A stretch of DNA of 64,000 nucleotides, from NCBI GenBank assembly GCA_020632415.1, contig JACKFO010000002.1, positions 776,413-840,412 of the forward strand. The letters are read 5' to 3'. The position numbers were made by a program, and so were the translations under genes. This document shows, in pieces, positions 58,549 to 64,000 of this stretch; within the stretch, counting starts at the first letter, position 1; each line of letters opens with the position of its first letter. This DNA is from Candidatus Nomurabacteria bacterium (GTDB lineage Bacteria; Patescibacteriota; Patescibacteriia; UBA1558; GWA2-36-10). The notes below the pieces were generated by a model, which saw only the letters and a list, made by a program, of their open reading frames with translations, was not told where the DNA came from and did no database searches.

Positions 58549-59193
58549 ATGAAAAAAGAAAACGAACCACTCAGTAGCCTTAGTCATTTTCTTGGTCTCG
58601 CCCTGTCTATTGCAGGTTTAGTTTTATTGATAGTTTTTGCGCACGTTTATGCCAAGGCTCAGCACGTAGTTGGGGTGAGTATTTTTGGGGCCAGTTTAAT
58701 TTTACTTTATTTATCTAGTGGAATTTATCATTGGATAGCAGTCAGTTCTAGGCACAAAAATATTTGGCGAAAAATTGATCACGCCATGATTTATGTCTTG
58801 ATTGCTGGTAGCTACACCCCGATATGTTTGGTGGTACCACAACGCGCTTGGGCTTGGTCAGCTTTTGGTGTGATTTGGGGCTTAGCTTTATTGGGAGTTT
58901 TGTTAAAAATAAAATGGAATACTTTTCCAAGGATTTTATCAACGATCATTTATTTATTAATGGGCTGGTCTTTACTGATTTTTTATCCAATTTTAGCTAG
59001 CGTACCAAAAATGGGATTACTCTGGTTATTTCTTGGTGGTGTGTTTTATAGTTTAGGAACGATATTTTATGGTTTAGATAAAATAGTTAAACGTAGTCGC
59101 TGGTGGGGGATGCATGAGATTTTTCATTTATTCGTTTTAGCTGGTAGCTTTGCGCATTGGTGGTTTGTTTTTAAGTATTTACTTTATGTTTAA
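58549..59193 (+). CDS. Hemolysin III / PAQR family membrane protein
   Basis: Seven TM helices with conserved His-containing motifs (YHW, HAMIYVLIAGSYTP, HEIFHLFVLAGSFAHWWFV). Confidence 0.75.
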   Translation: MKKENEPLSSLSHFLGLALSIAGLVLLIVFAHVYAKAQHVVGVSIFGASLILLYLSSGIYHWIAVSSRHKNIWRKIDHAMIYVLIAGSYTPICLVVPQRAWAWSAFGVIWGLALLGVLLKIKWNTFPRILSTIIYLLMGWSLLIFYPILASVPKMGLLWLFLGGVFYSLGTIFYGLDKIVKRSRWWGMHEIFHLFVLAGSFAHWWFVFKYLLYV

Positions 59194-59247
59194 AATTAAA
59201 ATTTAATGCTATACTAAGAATAGTTTTATTGTTAAATTCATTAAAAT

Positions 59248-60147
59248 ATGGGACAAATAATTAAGAAAAATACCTGGCTAATAGTTTTGGCTGGCATTAT
59301 TTTAGGATTTTTAATACCAAAAGTTGGTTTATTTTTACAGTCAAGCGTAGTTTATCTTTTGATGTTAATGATGCTTTTTTCAGTCTTAGACATGAGTTAC
59401 CGCAAAGTTTGGGAGCAGCTACATGATTATAAAAAAACTTTAGCAGCATTATCGATCGTGCATTTAGCAGGGCCTTTAGTAGTTTTATTGTTCAAGCCAT
59501 TTGTACCAGAAGAGATATTTTTGGGTTTAATTATTGCCACAGTTATCAATGCCGGGGTAAGCATTGTTTTTTTATCACAGCTTTATGGCGGACTTCCTTC
59601 TAAGGCCTTGGTGATTACAGCTATTTCTCATATTTTTAGCCCCGTCTTGGTGCCATTTTTGGTAGTACTTTTTGCTAGGACCAGTATCGAGATTGATCCG
59701 GTTAGTATTTCTTGGACAATTATTAAACTCGTGATTCTTCCGATTGTTTTGTCAATGTTAGTTAGACGTAGCCGTCTTTATCAGCCAATGAAAAAAAATG
59801 GTGCTTGGATAAATATTGTTTTATTGTTTTTAATCATTATGGGCATTATTGCGCCAATTAGAGAAATTATTTTAAATAATATTTCTCGAGCAATTTTTGT
59901 TGGTTTGATTGTTATGCTAGTTGTCATCATTGATTTTGCTTTAGGTTTTGCTCTGGGTAAAAACAAAGCGGAAAGAGTTACTTATGGTGTTTCTACTAGC
60001 TATAAAAATTATGTTTTAGCCAATGTCGTGACTTTGTCTTTATTTGGACCAGTCGTTGCTTTGCCAGCAGCAATGTATGCAGTAGCTAATAATGTTTTGT
60101 TAGTGCCTTTGCAATTTTTATGCTGCCGTGCTAAAAGTAAAAAATAA
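59248..60147 (+). CDS. Polytopic membrane transporter, possibly bile acid:sodium symporter / AEC-like family
   Basis: 299 aa, about 9-10 TM helices; family assignment is tentative. Confidence 0.35.
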   Translation: MGQIIKKNTWLIVLAGIILGFLIPKVGLFLQSSVVYLLMLMMLFSVLDMSYRKVWEQLHDYKKTLAALSIVHLAGPLVVLLFKPFVPEEIFLGLIIATVINAGVSIVFLSQLYGGLPSKALVITAISHIFSPVLVPFLVVLFARTSIEIDPVSISWTIIKLVILPIVLSMLVRRSRLYQPMKKNGAWINIVLLFLIIMGIIAPIREIILNNISRAIFVGLIVMLVVIIDFALGFALGKNKAERVTYGVSTSYKNYVLANVVTLSLFGPVVALPAAMYAVANNVLLVPLQFLCCRAKSKK

Positions 60148-60160
60148 TAAAGTAAAAATA

Positions 60161-60472
60161 ATGTGGAAATTTTTATTAGTTATCTTATTATTAATTTCTG
60201 GTTGTGGAATTTTGAGTGAGCCAAATCAGGTAGAGCAAGCTATTAATGATGTGGAGCCAATTATTCAAAATAAAGATTTTTGCGGGACATCTACTTTTGG
60301 TTTTTGTCAGCAAGAAGCTGATTGTATTGTCGCTGGTTGTTCTGGTCAAATCTGTGGTAGTCGTTTCGAAGAAAAAATGTCTAGCGATTGCCAATGGAAA
60401 GAATGCTATGATAAAACAGATTATGGTTTGGTCTGCGGATGCTTAAAACAAAAATGTCAGTGGTATAAATAA
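60161..60472 (+). CDS. Cysteine-rich secreted lipoprotein (12 Cys after the lipobox LISGC)
   Basis: Signal peptide MWKFLLVILLLISGCG with lipobox Cys; mature region contains 11 further Cys in pairs. Confidence 0.5.
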   Translation: MWKFLLVILLLISGCGILSEPNQVEQAINDVEPIIQNKDFCGTSTFGFCQQEADCIVAGCSGQICGSRFEEKMSSDCQWKECYDKTDYGLVCGCLKQKCQWYK

Positions 60473-60476
60473 AAAT

Positions 60477-61208
60477 ATGAGTAAAGCACAAATTGATTTT
60501 TTGGTAAGATTGAAAAGAAAAAAATATCGTGACCAACACGGGAAATTTATCATTGAAAATCCCAAGGTAATTTTTGAGCAATATGAAAATCCTTTGTTAG
60601 ATTCGGTTTACGTCACTGATAATTATTTTAGAGAAAATGAAGATGAATTAGTCTTCCCTCATTTAGAACGTCTTTCAGAAAAAGATTTTCAAAGAGTTTC
60701 TAGTCTAGTAAGTCCGCCGGGGATTTTGGCTATTTTTAACATGCCAAAGCTCAAAGATTTTAATTTTAAAGCCAAACAAGTTATCTTATTAGACGAAATT
60801 CAAGATCCAGGAAACATGGGAACGATTTTAAGAACTGCTGATTGGTTTGGTTTCAAGGATATTTTTTTAAGCAAAAATTGCGTTGAAGTTTATAATCCAA
60901 AAGTTATTTCTAGTACGATGGGTTCAATTTTTAATCTAAATATTTATTCAGAATTAGATCTTCAAGAACTAGCTGGAACTTTTCAACAAGAAAAATATTC
61001 CTTGGTAGTCTCTGATTTAGCTGGCTCAAAAGCAAATTTTAATTCTCAACAAAAAATTGCTTTAGTGATTGGTAACGAAAGCAAGGGAGTCAACCAAGAA
61101 TTAAAAGACCTAGCTGATCAAAAAATTAAAATTTTAAAATTTGGTCAAGCAGAATCTTTGAATGCTGCCGTGGCCGCTGGGATCTTGATGTACGAGTTAA
61201 AAAAATAA
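60477..61208 (+). CDS. TrmH/SpoU-family RNA 2'-O-methyltransferase
   Basis: SPOUT motifs LLDEIQDPGNMGTILRTADWFG, IGNESKGV, NAAVAAGILMYE. Confidence 0.8.
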   Translation: MSKAQIDFLVRLKRKKYRDQHGKFIIENPKVIFEQYENPLLDSVYVTDNYFRENEDELVFPHLERLSEKDFQRVSSLVSPPGILAIFNMPKLKDFNFKAKQVILLDEIQDPGNMGTILRTADWFGFKDIFLSKNCVEVYNPKVISSTMGSIFNLNIYSELDLQELAGTFQQEKYSLVVSDLAGSKANFNSQQKIALVIGNESKGVNQELKDLADQKIKILKFGQAESLNAAVAAGILMYELKK

Positions 61209-61212
61209 TTTT

Positions 61213-61401
61213 ATGAGTATAGAAAATCCAAATATTCATCAAGAACAAGAATTCGATGAAGTTTGTCAATTTTGCGGAAAGCCCACTGGAACCAAAACAA
61301 GCATTGAACATAGTCATGGCACTTGCCCTGAATGTTTGCCAAAGTATTTAAAAGAATTAGAGGATTTTAAAGAACAGCGTCGTTTAGAAAAAGAGGATTA
61401 A
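61213..61401 (+). CDS. Small zinc-ribbon protein (CQFCGK...CPEC), 62 aa
   Basis: Two CxxC pairs; immediately upstream of dnaG. Confidence 0.4.
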   Translation: MSIENPNIHQEQEFDEVCQFCGKPTGTKTSIEHSHGTCPECLPKYLKELEDFKEQRRLEKED

Positions 61402-61439
61402 TTTTGACTAAATTTACTAATTAAACTAAGATAGCTTTG

Positions 61440-63236
61440 ATGAACCCAATCGAAGAAATCAAAGCCAAACTAGATATTATTGATATTGTTTCTGGTTATA
61501 TTGCTTTAAATCCAGCTGGAGACAATTACCGTGCTCGTTGTCCTTTTCATAACGAAAAGACACCGAGTTTTATGGTTTCTAAGTCCAAACAAATTTGGCA
61601 TTGCTTTGGTTGCTCAAAAGGCGGAGATTTGATTTCTTTTGTTCAAGAATACGAAGGTTTGAGTTTTGGAGAAACTTTAAAATTATTGGCCCAGCGAGCA
61701 AATATTGTTTTGCCAGACAAGTATGCTGTCAAAGAGCAAAAAGACGTTTCTGCTTTAGCTGAGCTAAATAAATTAGCTGTAAATTTTTATCAAGAGAAGT
61801 TACATTCTGACGATCCTGTTGCTACTAAAGTTTTGGCTTATCTTAAAAATCGTGGGTTAAGTATTGAGACAATTAAAAATTGGAAGCTTGGTCTGTCTGG
61901 TGAAAATTGGGATGAGCTTTTAAATTTTCTTAAGGCTAAGAATTTTTCGGAAGATGATATTTTTAAAGCAGGTTTGAGCTTAAAGAAAAAATCTGGCTCA
62001 GGCTACGTTGATCGTTTTCGTAAGCGTTTGATGTTTCCGATTTGGGACAATATGGGTCAAGAAGTTGCTTTTACTTCTCGAACTTTATCTGGAATTGCTT
62101 ATGACGAAGCGGAGCTTGGAGGAAAATATGTAAATAGTCCCCAGACTGAGCTTTATGATAAAAGTAAAACGCTTTATGGTTGGCACAAAGCTAAAGAAGA
62201 AATTAGAAGACAAAAATATTTAATTGTCGTTGAAGGAAATATGGACGTCATTGCTACTCATCAAGCTGGGACGCAAAATGTTGTTGCTGTTTCAGGAACA
62301 GCTTTGACCGAAGACCATATTCGTTTGATCAAGCGTTATACTGACAATGTCATTTTAGCTTTTGATGGTGACGCCGCTGGTTCGGCTGCTTCCTTGAGAA
62401 GCATTGCTTTGGGCTGGCAACATGAATTAAATCAAAAAATATTATTATTAAAAGACGCTAAAGATCCAGCAGACTTGGTCAAAGAAAACCCGGTGCTATG
62501 GAAAACAGCAATTAAGAAATCAATTCCAGTGATGGATTATTATTTCCAGAGAGTTCTTTCGGCTGTCGATCTGACTCGTTCTGACCACAAAAAACTTGCA
62601 GTTAACAAACTTTTGCCAATTGTTAAGTTTTTAAAAAGTAATATTGAACAAACTCACTATTTACAGATTTTGTCCGATAAACTAAATTTGCCGATCGAGG
62701 TTTTACAAAAAGATTTACAAAAAACAGAATCATTTTTAGCCGGACAAGAGCAAAATAAACAGAGTTTAAAAACAGAACTTAGAGAACCCTCTAATCGCTT
62801 ATTAAATTTAAGCACCCAGCTTCTAAGTTTAGCTTTTTTTCAGGATCAATATTTGGAAAAAGTGATCTCAGAAATAGAGCCAGAGATGCTTGAGGCTACT
62901 TTACAAGGCCTTTACAAGCAAGTGATAATTTATTATACTAAGCAGCGATCTTTAAAATCTTTTTTAGATTTTGAATCTTTGACTGAGCTAGAGCGTAGTA
63001 TGTGGCGGAAGCTCGCTATGCAGGCCGAAAAAGACTATAATGAAACTACTAGCAAAGAGCTAAACCAACACTTTCAAGACATTCTTGATAACTTCAAAAA
63101 ACAGCATTTAGCCTTTCGTTTGCAACAATTGATTCAGGATTTGAGACAAGCTGAATTAGTTCAAGACACGGAAAAACAGGATCAATTGACTCATGAAATA
63201 AATTTGTTAAATAAAGAAGTTTATAAATTACAATAA
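61440..63236 (+). CDS. dnaG: DNA primase
   Basis: Zinc-binding [11 protein letters not shown]...CFGC, TOPRIM domain ([15 protein letters not shown]), C-terminal helicase-interaction region. Confidence 0.92.
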   Translation: MNPIEEIKAKLDIIDIVSGYIALNPAGDNYRARCPFHNEKTPSFMVSKSKQIWHCFGCSKGGDLISFVQEYEGLSFGETLKLLAQRANIVLPDKYAVKEQKDVSALAELNKLAVNFYQEKLHSDDPVATKVLAYLKNRGLSIETIKNWKLGLSGENWDELLNFLKAKNFSEDDIFKAGLSLKKKSGSGYVDRFRKRLMFPIWDNMGQEVAFTSRTLSGIAYDEAELGGKYVNSPQTELYDKSKTLYGWHKAKEEIRRQKYLIVVEGNMDVIATHQAGTQNVVAVSGTALTEDHIRLIKRYTDNVILAFDGDAAGSAASLRSIALGWQHELNQKILLLKDAKDPADLVKENPVLWKTAIKKSIPVMDYYFQRVLSAVDLTRSDHKKLAVNKLLPIVKFLKSNIEQTHYLQILSDKLNLPIEVLQKDLQKTESFLAGQEQNKQSLKTELREPSNRLLNLSTQLLSLAFFQDQYLEKVISEIEPEMLEATLQGLYKQVIIYYTKQRSLKSFLDFESLTELERSMWRKLAMQAEKDYNETTSKELNQHFQDILDNFKKQHLAFRLQQLIQDLRQAELVQDTEKQDQLTHEINLLNKEVYKLQ

Positions 63237-64000
63237 TGCCAAAAAAGAGCAAGCCAAAGTCTGGCAGCACAATTAAAGCCAAAGTGGCAAAAGTAAAAAA
63301 AACGGCTTCCACCGGAAGGCGTCAAAGCAAAGCTAAAAAGCTAAGTAAGGTTGTTGTTAAAAAAACAGCACCAAAGAAAAAGGCTGTTAAAAAAACAGCA
63401 CCAAAGAAAACAACGGCTAAAATAAAAAAAGTCGTTACTAAAAAAACAACGGGAACTAAAAACAAAGCCTTACGTTCTCGTCACAAAGCAATTGTTCGCG
63501 CTCCTAAAGCGGATTTTAACCAAGAAGCGGTCGACAATTTATTGCAAAAAGGAAGGTCTCGTGGCTTTATCACTGAAGGTGAATTGGTCAGAGCTTTTTG
63601 TGATCTAGAAGATTATGTCACTCGCTTTGAAGACTTTTTGGATATTTTAGATGAAGCAGCAGTGCAATTAGTCACTACTGAAGGAGGGATTTTAGATCAA
63701 AAATTAACCACTTCAGAATTATTGACTAAATCTGGTGTGCAAAATGATGAGAAGCGTGGTGACCTGACTGATATTGCTGCTGACAGCATCCAGATGTATT
63801 TGCGCGAAATTGGTAAAGTTTCGCTACTGACCAATGAAGAAGAAATCATGTATGCCAAGCGCAAAGAAAAAGGCGACTTGGAAGCAAAGAAAAGATTAGT
63901 AGAAGCTAACCTTCGTTTGGTTGTTTCAATCGCTAAAAAATTTACCGGCCGATCTTTGTCTTTATTAGATTTAATTCAAGAAGGAAACATTGGTTTGTTT
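63236..64000 (+). CDS. rpoD: RNA polymerase sigma factor RpoD (5' part; continues beyond window) with a Lys/Thr-rich N-terminal extension containing a tandem repeat
   Basis: The start codon overlaps the dnaG stop (TAATG); region 1.1/1.2-like [18 protein letters not shown] and region 2 start [16 protein letters not shown]; VVKKTAPKK repeated. Confidence 0.85.
   Translation, partial: MPKKSKPKSGSTIKAKVAKVKKTASTGRRQSKAKKLSKVVVKKTAPKKKAVKKTAPKKTTAKIKKVVTKKTTGTKNKALRSRHKAIVRAPKADFNQEAVDNLLQKGRSRGFITEGELVRAFCDLEDYVTRFEDFLDILDEAAVQLVTTEGGILDQKLTTSELLTKSGVQNDEKRGDLTDIAADSIQMYLREIGKVSLLTNEEEIMYAKRKEKGDLEAKKRLVEANLRLVVSIAKKFTGRSLSLLDLIQEGNIGLF
63352..63420 (+). repeat. Tandem direct repeat (about 33 bp x 2) encoding (A)VKKTAPKK within the rpoD N-terminal extension
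   Basis: gttgttaaaaaaacagcaccaaagaaaaaggct / gttaaaaaaacagcaccaaagaaaacaacggct read directly. Confidence 0.7.

Overview
This 64 kb window reads as a chromosomal segment of a low-GC (roughly one-third GC), small-genome bacterium. The gene content and style (many unusual tRNA-modification genes, giant surface proteins, sparse metabolism, standard genetic code) resemble Candidate Phyla Radiation / Patescibacteria. All calls below come from reading the sequence and the supplied ORF track; no database search was run. Coding density is high and almost all genes are housekeeping: DNA replication and repair (gyrA, ruvB, uvrA, uvrC, a UvrD/PcrA-like helicase, dnaG, 5' part of rpoD, a Pif1-like helicase); translation and tRNA modification (rpsA, ychF, queH-queA, an Elp3 radical-SAM/GNAT enzyme with an adjacent Trm9-like methyltransferase, a TrmH-family methylase, tRNA-Ser(GGA)); proteostasis (ftsH, groES-groEL with a textbook CIRCE operator and sigma70 promoter); C1 and central metabolism (glyA, folD, pyk, ppsA, phosphohexomutase, a 2-hydroxyacid dehydrogenase); and envelope functions (murI, an O-antigen-ligase-like protein, SPFH protein, secG, rnj, a partial pilB/gspE ATPase, a MATE exporter, a family-5 solute-binding protein). 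Two giant secreted proteins are encoded: a 1114-aa parallel beta-helix protein with Myxococcus-type cysteine-rich repeats, and a 1141-aa FN3-rich protein with a C-terminal peptidoglycan-binding domain. They share a C-terminal repeat module. The most unusual structure is a set of five short intergenic islets that are markedly GC-richer than their surroundings (about 13.1, 37.5-38.2, 42.0-42.3, 45.3-46.0 and 55.8-56.2 kb). Each carries small ORFs behind strong AGGAGG-type Shine-Dalgarno sites, two also carry consensus TTGACA-17-TAnnnT promoters, and each ends in a GC-rich intrinsic terminator. Two of them encode short hydrophobic peptides with basic tails that resemble type-I toxins. Other notable points: an Elp3/Trm9-like divergent gene pair whose start codons overlap in a CATG palindrome; a tRNA-Ser whose 3' 17 nt are directly repeated 318 bp downstream, bracketing a small GIY-YIG nuclease gene (a mini integrated element); a DEDD exonuclease fused to a WYL-like domain; and an operon of small acidic protein, C39-like peptidase and MATE exporter. 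No CRISPR array, rRNA or obvious transposase was seen.
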